Source: a phage. Taken from it: DNA of 64,000 nt. A model generated the notes under the pieces. The model saw only the letters and a program-made list of their open reading frames with translations, had not been told where the DNA came from and made no database searches. The position numbers were made by a program, and so were the translations under genes. This document shows, piece after piece, positions 12,676 through 23,376 of the stretch; the stretch's first letter is position 1; the number at the start of each line of letters is the position of its first letter. The stretch is from the sequence record PZ452594.1; one strand, written 5' to 3'.

Positions 12676-13536
12676 TTACACCGCCATCTTTCCTTTAATA
12701 GGAGGGTGTGATTCATAGTTGTTAAGAACAAAATTATGCGGCTTTGCGAATTGACTCAACCAAAATACCTGCGATTCTGTGTCCCATTCATCAAATTCAT
12801 CTGGAAATTTTAATTGCAATTCGCATAAATCCATAGGTTCACGACGTAAAATTTCTTTACATTGTTCTACGTGATTCATATAGATATGAGTATTACCGCC
12901 AGAAAATATCAAATCTCCCGGAATAAGATTACACATCTTAGCTACAATATGAACTAACGTAGCATATGATGCAATATTAAATGGAAGACCGAGGAAAACA
13001 TCTACCGAACGTTGATACCACTGGAGGTCAAGGTATCCGTTACGAACATTAAATTGATAGAACATATGACAAGGCGGTAATGCCATATATTTAAGTTCAG
13101 CTGGATTCCATGCAGAAACAATTTGACGCCTATCATTTGGCAGTTTTTTAATACGATCAATAACTTCTATAATTTGGTCTACACCGCCAAAATCACGCCA
13201 CTGTTTTCCATAAATTGGACCAAGTTCACCGCTATGGTATCCTAAATCTTTTGCTTGATTTTCGTAATTTTCATCCCAGACTGTTTTGCCTTGGATTAAC
13301 GAATCATGCTGAATTAATCGTAAATCATTGACATTTGTGCTTCCTGACAAAAACCATATTAACTCAGCAATGCAAGCTTTCCAGGCGAGCTTTTTAGTTG
13401 TTACTGCAGGAAAACCTTTGGTTAAATCCCAACGCAATTTAGTACCAAACAAAGCAATTGTTCCTGTGCCTGTTCGGTCATCGGTTTCATAACCATTTTC
13501 AAAAATGTCTTTAATTAAATCTTGGTATTGTTTCAT
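12676..13536 (-). CDS. td: thymidylate synthase, uninterrupted
   Basis: 286 aa; ThyA active-site region with catalytic Cys (PPCH); no intron. Confidence 0.95.
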
Positions 13537-13580
13537 TTAGTACCTTATATAAATTATAATACATTTTATGAAGCTAATAA

Positions 13581-13940
13581 TCAATACGGTTTAGCATCAA
13601 ATTTTCTCTCAATTTCAGGCGTGAAATATAATTCTTTACCGCGTTTGGAAAAACGACCAATAATATGATAATTATTCTCATCAAACGTGATATTACCAAT
13701 ATTCATAGCTTTCAACCAAATATCGATATTTCTATCCAGCTTTATGTCAAAATTCCAGTACGGAGAACTATTACCGAAAATACTGCAAGCGGATTCAGTG
13801 AAACAACTGCTATAAATCTTGTCCTTAGGAACTACTAATTGATAGACACCTTTAATAAACTGAGGACCCTGCCATTTTGGTTGTTTCGTGTCTTTTTCTA
13901 ATAGAATAGGGTAATAATTAAAATTCATATTTTCCGCCAC
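13581..13940 (-). CDS. hypothetical protein located between frd and td
   Basis: 119-aa ORF with no recognisable motif. Confidence 0.55.
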   Translation of the reverse strand: MAENMNFNYYPILLEKDTKQPKWQGPQFIKGVYQLVVPKDKIYSSCFTESACSIFGNSSPYWNFDIKLDRNIDIWLKAMNIGNITFDENNYHIIGRFSKRGKELYFTPEIERKFDAKPY

Positions 13941-13948
13941 GCGTTATT

Positions 13949-14771
<823 letters not shown>

Positions 14772-14787
<16 letters not shown>

Positions 14788-15131
14788 TGAAAGGGGCCAG
14801 AAGCAAATCCGCTATCTTTAATCATTTTAACTAAAGTTACCATTCCTCTGTTAACTGCTTGCGCGATTTCATCAAAAACTTCATCATTATCACCATAAAG
14901 ATCGCTAAAAAGTTCTAACACATTCTTCTGAACTTTTAATTTACAGCCAACAAATTCGCCTACAGTAAATTCGTTTCCGCCAACTCCAGCGTAAAACGTA
15001 ATTACACCAGTTAATGGTCTTTCACTAGAACATAGGTCGTGTGATAAATTAATATAAGCCGTCCCGGGTACAGTTTTAAGTTGGCAACGAATACTTACTC
15101 GAGCAATTCCAGCTACATGAATGTCAGACAT
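14772..15131 (-). CDS. hypothetical protein
   Basis: 119-aa ORF. Confidence 0.5.
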
Positions 15132-15141
15132 AATATTTTCC

Positions 15142-15384
15142 TCAAATAGACTTTTTCACAATTTTCCAATCAGCTTTAAACTGCTCGACGTCAGAATGAT
15201 AAATCCAGAATCCTGCGCTTTCTCCATCCTCATAAAGAGGGCATCCATCGCATTCATCTTCCCATCCCATGCCACGTAAAAGGTGTTCAGCTTTTTCAAC
15301 AAGTTCAGAATCTTTACCGATGATATTAAAATACCATTTACCTCTAACTTCCGAATCTTTGATGCTCTGACGTTGTAATCTCAT
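15142..15384 (-). CDS. hypothetical protein
   Basis: 80-aa ORF with SD AAGGAGAATAAA before ATG. Confidence 0.5.
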   Translation of the reverse strand: MRLQRQSIKDSEVRGKWYFNIIGKDSELVEKAEHLLRGMGWEDECDGCPLYEDGESAGFWIYHSDVEQFKADWKIVKKSI

Positions 15385-15409
15385 TTTATTCTCCTTAATT
15401 GATAGGGTA

Positions 15410-15439
15410 ATAGTATCACACTACTACCCTTCTGTAAAC
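15410..15439 (-). promoter_or_regulatory. T4-type early promoter (GTTTAC-18-TACTAT)
   Basis: GTTTAC at 15434-15439, -10 at 15410-15415 (minus), upstream of the 15142-15384 ORF. Confidence 0.5.
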
Positions 15440-15804
15440 TACTTTTTGAAAGTTTTTTGCAAAAGTTCAATGATTTCGTCTGCATTGTTTTCGTCAACAA
15501 TGCAGTGAATTTTTGTTACGCCAGAAACCTTGTCTTCGATTTCATCTTCTTCAGAAGTCGGTTCTTTATACTCACGAAAACAATGAAATTCGTCTTCACA
15601 AACGTTAAAGTAAAAATGCTTTCCATTTGCGCATTCAATGTGTTTTATTACTCTAAATCCATCAACAAAGAAAGCTTCTTTAACTTCAAACCATCCGCCA
15701 TTTTCTTGAATAATTTTAACTATTGCTGAATTAGAACGTGGGCGATAATTAATAAATGTATCAATAAGTCTTGGAACAAGTTCATACTTTTTACCGATAT
15801 ACAT
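15439..15804 (-). CDS. hypothetical protein
   Basis: 121-aa ORF. Confidence 0.5.
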   Translation of the reverse strand: MYIGKKYELVPRLIDTFINYRPRSNSAIVKIIQENGGWFEVKEAFFVDGFRVIKHIECANGKHFYFNVCEDEFHCFREYKEPTSEEDEIEDKVSGVTKIHCIVDENNADEIIELLQKTFKK

Positions 15805-15848
15805 TATGTTTTCCTCATTTTAACGGGGCTGTAATAGCCCCTTGATAA

Positions 15849-16076
15849 TTATTGTTCAATCAATCCCATGTAAAATTCTGCGTCTTCAGAATCCATACCA
15901 TCACAATATTCATTAGCCATAAAGCGGGTGAGGTCTTCAAGAGGACCTTCAATAACGATTTGAATACTCCAAAACTTAGAATCTTGCACGCTTGTGATAC
16001 TAAGTTCAGGATAACGATTACGAATAATTTCTTCGATATATTCAAAATCAACGATGTCAATATCAACTTTAGCCAT
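15849..16076 (-). CDS. hypothetical protein, 75 aa
   Basis: Track ORF 15849-16139 trimmed to the internal ATG with SD AAAGAGGAAAATAAT; the extension would overlap the promoter. Confidence 0.5.
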   Translation of the reverse strand: MAKVDIDIVDFEYIEEIIRNRYPELSITSVQDSKFWSIQIVIEGPLEDLTRFMANEYCDGMDSEDAEFYMGLIEQ

Positions 16077-16119
16077 ATTATTTTCCTCTTTAATCATCAG
16101 CAGTATTGCCGATAGTTGT

Positions 16120-16149
16120 ATAGTACCATAGAAGGACAAGGATGTAAAC
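16120..16149 (-). promoter_or_regulatory. T4-type early promoter (GTTTAC-18-TACTAT)
   Basis: GTTTAC 16144-16149, -10 16120-16125 (minus); shares the conserved box ATAGTTGTATAGTACCA with other copies. Confidence 0.6.
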
Positions 16150-16173
16150 CGTTTTGTGAAAAAATTTTTTGAA

Positions 16174-16199
16174 ATAAAAAGGGGACCTCTAGGGTCCCC
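16174..16199 (-). terminator. intrinsic terminator after gene 32
   Basis: Hairpin GGGGACC / TCTAG / GGTCCCC followed by U-run on the minus-strand RNA. Confidence 0.6.
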
Positions 16200-16221
16200 A
16201 ATTAATTAGTAATATAATCTA

Positions 16222-17130
16222 TTAAAGGTCATTCAAAAGGTCATCCAGGTCCGTGTCATCAGCACTAGATGAACTACCAGAGCTTGAGCTCATAAAATCA
16301 TCTTCAGTTTTTGTATTGAAGTCATCAACATTGAATGCATCCAAATCATCAGCAACTTTATCAGCTTTCTTAGCAGCAGTTGCAGCGGCACCACCCATAG
16401 CAGCAGTTCCCATAACTTGGCTGAACTTAGTGCTCAGTTCTTCAAATGATTTGAATTTATCTTTAGAAGTCATTTCAGAAAGGTCAACCATTTGTTCGAA
16501 CAGTTCTTTCTGGAAAGATTCATCATCAATGTTTGGAATCGCAGATTGATTCAGGAATTTAGATTCATCGTAGTTACTAAATCCGGAAACTTGTTTAACT
16601 TTCAGTACAAAGTTAGCACCTTCCCACGGACAAGTTACATCAACCGGAGTTTCACCCATTTCAACATCAACTGCAATCATTGCATTGATTTTATCCCAGA
16701 TTTTCTTACCAAAACGGTATTTAAATACTTTACCTTCGTTTTCTGGAGCAGCTGGGTCTTTTACTACAAGAATGTTAGCCCAGTAAGAAGTTTTACGTTT
16801 AACAAGACTGTACTCTTTATTGTCAGTGTTGTACAGATCATTTTTACTGATGTATTGACATACTGGGCAAGAATCGTAATCACCGTGGGTAGATGAACAG
16901 TTTTCAATATACCATTTACCATTTTTCTTGAAACCGTGATTTACAAGAATTGCGAATGGTGCTTGTTCATCATTTTTAGACGGAAGAAAACGAATTACTG
17001 CTTGACCGTTACCCGCATTGTCGAGTTTCAGTTTCCACTCGCCTTTATCTTCAGAAGAAAAACCACCTTTATTTCCAGCCAGTTTAGCCATTTGTGCAGC
17101 GAGTTCAGCAGTAGATTTACGTTTAAACAT
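16222..17130 (-). CDS. 32: gp32 single-stranded DNA-binding protein
   Basis: 302 aa; zinc-ligand region and acidic serine/aspartate-rich C-terminal tail typical of T4 gp32. Confidence 0.95.
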   Translation of the reverse strand: MFKRKSTAELAAQMAKLAGNKGGFSSEDKGEWKLKLDNAGNGQAVIRFLPSKNDEQAPFAILVNHGFKKNGKWYIENCSSTHGDYDSCPVCQYISKNDLYNTDNKEYSLVKRKTSYWANILVVKDPAAPENEGKVFKYRFGKKIWDKINAMIAVDVEMGETPVDVTCPWEGANFVLKVKQVSGFSNYDESKFLNQSAIPNIDDESFQKELFEQMVDLSEMTSKDKFKSFEELSTKFSQVMGTAAMGGAAATAAKKADKVADDLDAFNVDDFNTKTEDDFMSSSSGSSSSADDTDLDDLLNDL

Positions 17131-17200
17131 TTTTATTTCCTTTTTAATTTAATTAACAGTTGGTGCTATGACGATGTATGACCTCATAGCTGGTCAGTGA
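17131..17200 (-). promoter_or_regulatory. gene 32 autoregulatory translational operator (pseudoknot plus unstructured A/U-rich leader)
   Basis: Minus-strand leader GCTATGAGGTCATACATCGTCATAGCAC followed by AACTGTTAATTAAATTAAAAAGGAAATAAAAATG. Confidence 0.65.
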
Positions 17201-17213
17201 GATAATTATAATC

Positions 17214-17221
17214 TATTTATA
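17214..17221 (-). promoter_or_regulatory. late-promoter box TATAAATA upstream of gene 32
   Basis: Exact TATAAATA on minus strand. Confidence 0.45.
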
Positions 17222-17229
17222 ATAAGCAA

Positions 17230-17883
17230 TTAATACTTGCAAGATTTCACAGTTTCAATGAAAACACTTTTAGCTTTCTGTGAATCAATATTTAAAATTT
17301 TTCTATAAGCCTTTAACTTTATAGAATAATTATTCCAGACTAAATTATCAGTCTGTTCATCGTGTTTATCAATTATATTTAAAAACGAATCAAGCAAGAT
17401 AAACGTTTCAAACGAAATTATATTCGACTGAAGCAGTTTAAAAATATAACTTGATTGAACCTTTGGATTATATTCAAAGATTTCTTTAAAAGCAGAAACT
17501 TCAACTTTTTTACTAAAATAATAAATGTTGCGAATATCTTCTTCAAACTTAAATTTAATTTGCTTTAAGCGTCCGATATATTCACGATAAAACACAAGTG
17601 CATCAGCGTCAGAGATGTCACCAATCCAAGCATCTTGGTTAGCAACCAAATTGCTTATAAAGATTAAAGCAAGTTCCTTTAATTTATATTTTTCTGATAA
17701 CTTCTGGAAAAAATACTTATCCCTTCGCTTTTGATAAGCGGCATCAGACACCCGCATGCACCAATTATACTTAATAACATCATACTTTCCATTCATATGT
17801 TGTTTTATCATTAAGTATAATTTATAAACTGATTTACCATCAATGTATCTTTCACCACCAGCAGGCATGCGGAGTTTAATCAT
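17230..17883 (-). CDS. 59: gp59 helicase-loading protein
   Basis: 217 aa matching T4 gp59 by recall; conserved position after gene 33. Confidence 0.9.
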   Translation of the reverse strand: MIKLRMPAGGERYIDGKSVYKLYLMIKQHMNGKYDVIKYNWCMRVSDAAYQKRRDKYFFQKLSEKYKLKELALIFISNLVANQDAWIGDISDADALVFYREYIGRLKQIKFKFEEDIRNIYYFSKKVEVSAFKEIFEYNPKVQSSYIFKLLQSNIISFETFILLDSFLNIIDKHDEQTDNLVWNNYSIKLKAYRKILNIDSQKAKSVFIETVKSCKY

Positions 17884-18218
17884 AGCAGAAAATCTAATGT
17901 ATTAGTTTTTTCACAACGAACAACAGAAGGACGTAAAAGATTTTCGTCAATAGCTTCTGACTGAATTTTTTCAATTATACCCGAAGGAATAAATTTAGCA
18001 AATTGAGTTTCAGGAATAGAGTTTTCTTCCAAGAATGCTGTCGTAGCTTCAAGATAACTCATTCCAAACTCTTCTACCATTTTTTCAATAATAAATCCAT
18101 TTTCTTGACGATCAAGAAGCTTTGCTATTTCATCCTTTTCTTTTTTGATTGAAAGTTCTTTTTCTGAAAGACCGGTCTCATCGACCGGACGAATATCATT
18201 TAGAGAAAACTGTGTCAT
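17880..18218 (-). CDS. 33: gp33 late-transcription co-activator
   Basis: 112 aa from internal ATG (MTQFSLNDIR...). Confidence 0.85.
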   Translation of the reverse strand: MTQFSLNDIRPVDETGLSEKELSIKKEKDEIAKLLDRQENGFIIEKMVEEFGMSYLEATTAFLEENSIPETQFAKFIPSGIIEKIQSEAIDENLLRPSVVRCEKTNTLDFLL

Positions 18219-18465
18219 AAAGTTCAACTACCTCTTCAGTTTCAGCTTCAAACACATCACGGTTATCTTTATGATACAAAGCTAACAGACGATTAAACAT
18301 CTTGCCATCAACACCAAGTTCATCTTTGGCACGAATTCGAATATCTTTAATCAGTTCATTATAACCGGAAATTTTCAGTTTATGATCAGATGCTTCTTTA
18401 ATAAATTTAGCCAAGTCTTCGCCATGGATAGCTTCATCAAATTCAACCATTTCTTTTTTAGCCAT
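18196..18465 (-). CDS. dsbA: DsbA double-stranded DNA-binding protein
   Basis: 89-aa ORF; position and length as in T4. Confidence 0.8.
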   Translation of the reverse strand: MAKKEMVEFDEAIHGEDLAKFIKEASDHKLKISGYNELIKDIRIRAKDELGVDGKMFNRLLALYHKDNRDVFEAETEEVVELYDTVFSK

Positions 18466-18473
18466 TATTCACC

Positions 18474-19391
18474 TCAAAATTCATTAATGCTATTAGTTAA
18501 TTTAGAAAGACCCGCTTTTACAAAATATGAATAAATTTTGCCACGCGGTGGTAATTTATATGAATTATAGTAATTCACAATGTTTGAAGCAATATTATCA
18601 GGAATATAATCAAAATCAATTAGAACTAAATTTTCTTTATAACGATTATATTCAGATTCTGTGAGAAGCACCTTAGCTTGCTCACGGTCATTAGCAATAG
18701 CTTCAACGATTGAAGTTTTCATTGAAGGAGTTCGTTCACCTTCAACTTTGGTAAACCAAAAGTCAGATCGTACTTTAACTGAAGCAACGTTATCCTTTTT
18801 GTCGCCTTTAAGGATTTTAGTCATACAGTCAATTTCAGCAGAACCGCTTTTAATTTTAACCCATTTCTTATGCATCGGTGACCATTGCTTAACATTTGGA
18901 TATTTGTGAAGTTGAGTAAAGTCACCATCAGATGAAATGATTAAAATCTTGTGTCCTTCTAAAGAGAACTTTTTAACAAGAACAGCAATGTGGTCATCTG
19001 CTTCATACTTATCAATATCCATAACAATGTATGGCATATAAGCTTTCAATTCATCTATGACTTTATGACTGGATTCAAAATAACCTTCCCAGTCCCAAGT
19101 AGATTCTTCTCGTGCTTTTCCGCGGTTTTTCTTGTAATAGTAAGCGAAATCACGACGCCAATATCCAGATTTCGCGTTATCAATACACAGTACAATTTTA
19201 GTGTATCCAAGCGTTTTTGCTTTTTTGACATTAAACTTAATTGAGTTCAATATCAAATGACGAACCATTGATAAATTAATTTTTTCTTTATCTGGGAAGT
19301 TTACCAAAGCAGTTGAAAGCGCAATTTGACTAAAGTCAATAAAGCAAATTCCTTCTTTGTAATCTTCATCCAGCATCATTTCTAAATCCAT
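18474..19391 (-). CDS. rnh: RNase H (5'-3' exonuclease, FEN-1 family)
   Basis: 305 aa from internal ATG (MDLEMMLDEDYKEG...). Confidence 0.92.
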   Translation of the reverse strand: MDLEMMLDEDYKEGICFIDFSQIALSTALVNFPDKEKINLSMVRHLILNSIKFNVKKAKTLGYTKIVLCIDNAKSGYWRRDFAYYYKKNRGKAREESTWDWEGYFESSHKVIDELKAYMPYIVMDIDKYEADDHIAVLVKKFSLEGHKILIISSDGDFTQLHKYPNVKQWSPMHKKWVKIKSGSAEIDCMTKILKGDKKDNVASVKVRSDFWFTKVEGERTPSMKTSIVEAIANDREQAKVLLTESEYNRYKENLVLIDFDYIPDNIASNIVNYYNSYKLPPRGKIYSYFVKAGLSKLTNSINEF

Positions 19392-19453
19392 ATGAACCTC
19401 GTTCAATTAGTGAGATTTCTATTATATACCATCCAAATCTTAAAGTAAACAAG

Positions 19454-19461
19454 TATAAATA
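19454..19461 (+). promoter_or_regulatory. late promoter TATAAATA for gene 34
   Basis: Exact TATAAATA ~35 nt upstream of the gene 34 ATG with SD GGAG. Confidence 0.6.
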
Positions 19462-19495
19462 CTTATTATTGAAAACACAATAGGAGCCCGGGAGA

Positions 19496-22400
19496 ATGGC
19501 CGAGATTAAAAGAAAGTTCAGAGCAGAAGATGGTCTGGACGCAGGTGGTGATAAAATAATCAACGTAGCTTTAGCTGATCGTACCGTAGGAACTGACGGT
19601 GTTAACGTTGATTACTTAATTCAAGAAAACACAGTTCAACAATATGATCCAACTCGTGGATATTTAAAAGATTTTGTAATCATTTATGATAACCGCTTTT
19701 GGGCTGCTATAAATGATATTCCAAAACCGGCAGGAGCTTTTAATAGCGGACGCTGGAGAGCATTACGTACCGATGCTAACTGGATTACGGTTTCATCTGG
19801 TTCATATCAATTAAAATCCGGTGAAGCTATTTCGGTTAACACCGCAGCTGGAAATGACATCACGTTTACTTTACCATCTTCTCCAATTGATGGTGATACT
19901 ATCGTTCTCCAAGATATTGGAGGAAAACCTGGAGTTAACCAAGTTTTAATTGTAGCTCCAGTGCAAAGTATTGTAAACTTCAGAGGCGAGCAAGTACGTT
20001 CAGTACTAATGACTCATCCAAAGTCACAGTTAGTTTTAATTTTTAGTAATCGTCTGTGGCAAATGTATGTTGCTGATTATAGTAGAGAAGCTATAGTTGT
20101 AACACCAGCAAGTCTCTATCAGGCGCAATCTAATGATTTTATCGTACGTAGATTTACTTCTGCTGCACCAATTAATGTTAAACTTCCAAGATTTGCTAAT
20201 CATGGCGATATTATTAATTTCGTTGATTTAGATAAACTGAATCCACTTTATCATACAATTGTTACTACATACGATGAAACGACTTCAGTACAAGAAGTTG
20301 GAACTCATTCCATTGAAGGCCGTACATCGATTGACGGTTTCTTGATGTTTGATGATAATGAGAAATTGTGGAGATTGTTTGACGGGGATAGTAAAGCGCG
20401 TTTACGCATTATAACGACTAATTCTAATATTCGTCCAAACGAAGAAGTTATGGTATTTGGTGCGAATAACGGAACAACTCAAACAATTGAGCTTCAGCTT
20501 CCAACTAATATTTCTGTTGGTGATACTGTTAAAATTTCCATGAATTACATGAGAAAAGGACAAACAGTTAAAATCAAAGCTGCCGGTGAAGATAAAATTG
20601 CTTCTTCAGTTCAATTACTGCAATTCCCAAAACGCTCAGAATATCCGCCTGAAGCTGAATGGGTTACAGTCCAAGAATTAGTTTTTAACGGTGAAACTAA
20701 TTATGTACCAGTTTTAGAACTTGCTTATATTGAAGATTCTGATGGAAAATATTGGGTTGTACAGCAAAACGTTCCAACCGTAGAAAGAGTAGACTCTTTA
20801 AATGATTCTACTAGAGCAAGATTAGGCGTAATTGCTTTAGCTACACAAGCTCAAGCTAATGTCGATTTAGAAAATTCTCCACAAAAAGAATTAGCAATTA
20901 CTCCAGAAACATTAGCTAACCGTACTGCTACTGAAACTCGTAGAGGTATCGCAAGAATAGCAACTACTGCTCAAGTGAATCAGAACACCACATTCTCTTT
21001 TGCTGATGACCTTATCATCACTCCTAAAAAGCTGAATGAAAGAACTGCTACAGAAACTCGCAGAGGTGTCGCAGAAATTGCTACGCAGCAAGAAACTAAT
21101 ACAGGTACTGATGATACTACAATCATTACTCCTAAAAAGCTTCAAGCTCGTCAAGGTTCTGAATCATTATCTGGTATTGTAACTTTTGTATCTACGGCGG
21201 GTGCTACTCCAGCTTCTAGTCGTGAATTAAATGGTACAAATGTTTATAATAAAAACACTAATAACTTAGTTGTTTCACCTAAAGCCTTGGATCAGTATAA
21301 AGCTACTCCAACACAGCAAGGTGCAGTAATTTTAGCAGTTGAAAGTGAAGTAATTGCTGGACAAAGTCAGGAAGGATGGACAAATGCTGTTGTAACGCCA
21401 GAAACGTTACATAAAAAGACATCAACTGATGGAAGAATTGGTTTAATTGAAATTGCTACGCAAAGTGAAGTTAATACAGGAACTGATTATACTCGTGCAG
21501 TCACTCCTAAAACTTTAAATGACCGTAAAGCAACTGAAAGTTTAAGTGGTATAGCTGAAATTGCTACGCAAGTTGAATTCGACGCAGGCGTCGACGATAC
21601 TCGTATCTCTACACCATTAAAAATTAAAACCAGATTTAATAGTACTGATCGTACTTCTGTTGTTGCTCTATCTGGATTAGTTGAATCAGGAACTCTCTGG
21701 GACCATTATACACTTAATATTCTTGAAGCAAATGAGACACAGCGTGGTACACTTCGTATAGCTACACAAGTTGAAGCTGCTGCAGGAACATTAGATAATG
21801 TTTTAATAACTCCTAAAAAGCTTTTAGGTACTAAATCTACTGAAGCACAGGAAGGTGTTATTAAAGTTGCAACCCAGTCTGAAACTGTGACTGGAACGTC
21901 AGCGAACACTGCTGTATCTCCAAAAAATTTAAAATGGATTGTGCAGAGTGAACCTACTTGGGCAGCTACTACTGCGATAAGAGGTTTTGTTAAAACTTCA
22001 TCTGGTTCAATTACATTCGTTGGTAATGATACAGTCGGTTCGACCCAAGATTTAGAACTGTATGAGAAAAATAGCTATGCGGTATCACCATATGAATTAA
22101 ACCGTGTATTAGCAAATTATTTGCCGTTAAAAGCAAAAGCTGCTGATACAAATTTATTGGATGGTCTAGATTCATCTCAGTTCATTCGTAGGGATATTGC
22201 ACAGACGGTTAATGGTTCACTAACCTTAACCCAACAAACGAATCTGAGTGCCCCTCTTGTATCATCTAGTACTGCTACGTTTGGTGGTTCAGTTTCGGCA
22301 AATAGTACATTAACTATTTCTAATACTGGAACGACTTCTTCTCGATTTACATTTGAGAAAGGTCCTGCTTCTGGTAGTAATGCTGATTCTGCATTGTATG

Positions 22401-23368
22401 TTCGTGTATGGGGTAATAAGTACAGCGGCGGTTCTGATGTAACTCGTGCAACGATTATAGAATTCTCTGATGCTACCGGCTCTCATTTCTATTCTCAAAG
22501 AGATACGTCAAATAATGTGTTGTTCAACATTTCAGGTACGATGCAATCAGTCAACGCTAACGTTCGTGGTGTTCTGAACGTTACAGGTGTCTCAACGTTT
22601 AATAGTTCAGTTACAGCCAATGGTGAATTCATTAGCAAGTCTGCAAATGCTTTCAGAGCAATAAATGGTGATTATGGATTCTTTATCAGGAATGATGGCG
22701 GTAGCACATATTTTATGCTTACTGCATCTGGTGATCAGACTGGCGGATTTAATGGATTACGTCCATTATCAATTAATAATGCATCTGGCCAAGTAACGAT
22801 TGGTGAAAGCTTAATCATTGCCAAAGGTGCTACTATAAATTCAGGTGGTTTGACTGTTAACTCGAGAATTCGTTCTCAGGGTACTAAAACATCTGATTTA
22901 TACACCCGTGCACCAACATCTGATACTGTAGGATTCTGGTCAATTGATATTAACGATTCAGCCACTTATAACCAGTTTCCGGGTTATTTTAAAATGGTTG
23001 AAAAAACTAATGAAGTGACTGGGCTTCCATACTTAGAACGTGGAGAAGAAGTTAAATCTCCTGGTACACTGACTCAGTTTGGTAACACACTTGATTCGCT
23101 TTACCAAGATTGGATTACTTATCCAACGACGCCAGAAGCGCGTACCACTCGCTGGACACGTACATGGCAGAAAACCAAAAACTCTTGGTCAAGTTTTGTT
23201 CAGGTATTTGACGGAGGTAACCCTCCTCAACCATCTGATATCGGTGCTTTACCATCTGATAATGCTACAATGGGGAATCTTACTATTCGTGATTTCTTGC
23301 GAATTGGTAATGTTCGCATTGTTCCTGACCCAGTGAATAAAACGGTTAAATTTGAATGGGTTGAATAA
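19496..23368 (+). CDS. 34: gp34 long tail fibre proximal subunit
   Basis: 1290-aa ORF; length, position after rnh and internal repeat architecture match T-even gp34. Confidence 0.93.
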   Translation: MAEIKRKFRAEDGLDAGGDKIINVALADRTVGTDGVNVDYLIQENTVQQYDPTRGYLKDFVIIYDNRFWAAINDIPKPAGAFNSGRWRALRTDANWITVSSGSYQLKSGEAISVNTAAGNDITFTLPSSPIDGDTIVLQDIGGKPGVNQVLIVAPVQSIVNFRGEQVRSVLMTHPKSQLVLIFSNRLWQMYVADYSREAIVVTPASLYQAQSNDFIVRRFTSAAPINVKLPRFANHGDIINFVDLDKLNPLYHTIVTTYDETTSVQEVGTHSIEGRTSIDGFLMFDDNEKLWRLFDGDSKARLRIITTNSNIRPNEEVMVFGANNGTTQTIELQLPTNISVGDTVKISMNYMRKGQTVKIKAAGEDKIASSVQLLQFPKRSEYPPEAEWVTVQELVFNGETNYVPVLELAYIEDSDGKYWVVQQNVPTVERVDSLNDSTRARLGVIALATQAQANVDLENSPQKELAITPETLANRTATETRRGIARIATTAQVNQNTTFSFADDLIITPKKLNERTATETRRGVAEIATQQETNTGTDDTTIITPKKLQARQGSESLSGIVTFVSTAGATPASSRELNGTNVYNKNTNNLVVSPKALDQYKATPTQQGAVILAVESEVIAGQSQEGWTNAVVTPETLHKKTSTDGRIGLIEIATQSEVNTGTDYTRAVTPKTLNDRKATESLSGIAEIATQVEFDAGVDDTRISTPLKIKTRFNSTDRTSVVALSGLVESGTLWDHYTLNILEANETQRGTLRIATQVEAAAGTLDNVLITPKKLLGTKSTEAQEGVIKVATQSETVTGTSANTAVSPKNLKWIVQSEPTWAATTAIRGFVKTSSGSITFVGNDTVGSTQDLELYEKNSYAVSPYELNRVLANYLPLKAKAADTNLLDGLDSSQFIRRDIAQTVNGSLTLTQQTNLSAPLVSSSTATFGGSVSANSTLTISNTGTTSSRFTFEKGPASGSNADSALYVRVWGNKYSGGSDVTRATIIEFSDATGSHFYSQRDTSNNVLFNISGTMQSVNANVRGVLNVTGVSTFNSSVTANGEFISKSANAFRAINGDYGFFIRNDGGSTYFMLTASGDQTGGFNGLRPLSINNASGQVTIGESLIIAKGATINSGGLTVNSRIRSQGTKTSDLYTRAPTSDTVGFWSIDINDSATYNQFPGYFKMVEKTNEVTGLPYLERGEEVKSPGTLTQFGNTLDSLYQDWITYPTTPEARTTRWTRTWQKTKNSWSSFVQVFDGGNPPQPSDIGALPSDNATMGNLTIRDFLRIGNVRIVPDPVNKTVKFEWVE
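20860..21960 (+). repeat. tandem ~30-33-aa coding repeats inside gene 34
   Basis: At least eight units of the form TATETRRG(I/V)A.IAT...N(T)GTD.T.ITPKKL. Confidence 0.7.
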
Positions 23369-23376
23369 GAGGTATT

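Noticed and set aside
16253-17181. Plus-strand ORFs overlapping gene 32 (16253-16549, 16492-16896, 16936-17181)
   Set aside because: They are antisense to the strongly supported gene 32 and its operator, with no translation signals.
20912-21154. Antisense ORFs inside the tail-fibre genes (for example 20912-21154, 26552-26815, 28417-28695, 29356-29541, 29616-29897)
   Set aside because: They lie wholly within the long, clearly coding genes 34, 37 and 38 on the opposite strand, have no ribosome-binding sites and show low-complexity translations.
20860-21960. Periodic repeats in gene 34 as a possible CRISPR-like array
   Set aside because: The units are in-frame protein-coding repeats of about 96 nt without spacer structure; no CRISPR repeats or cas genes are present.
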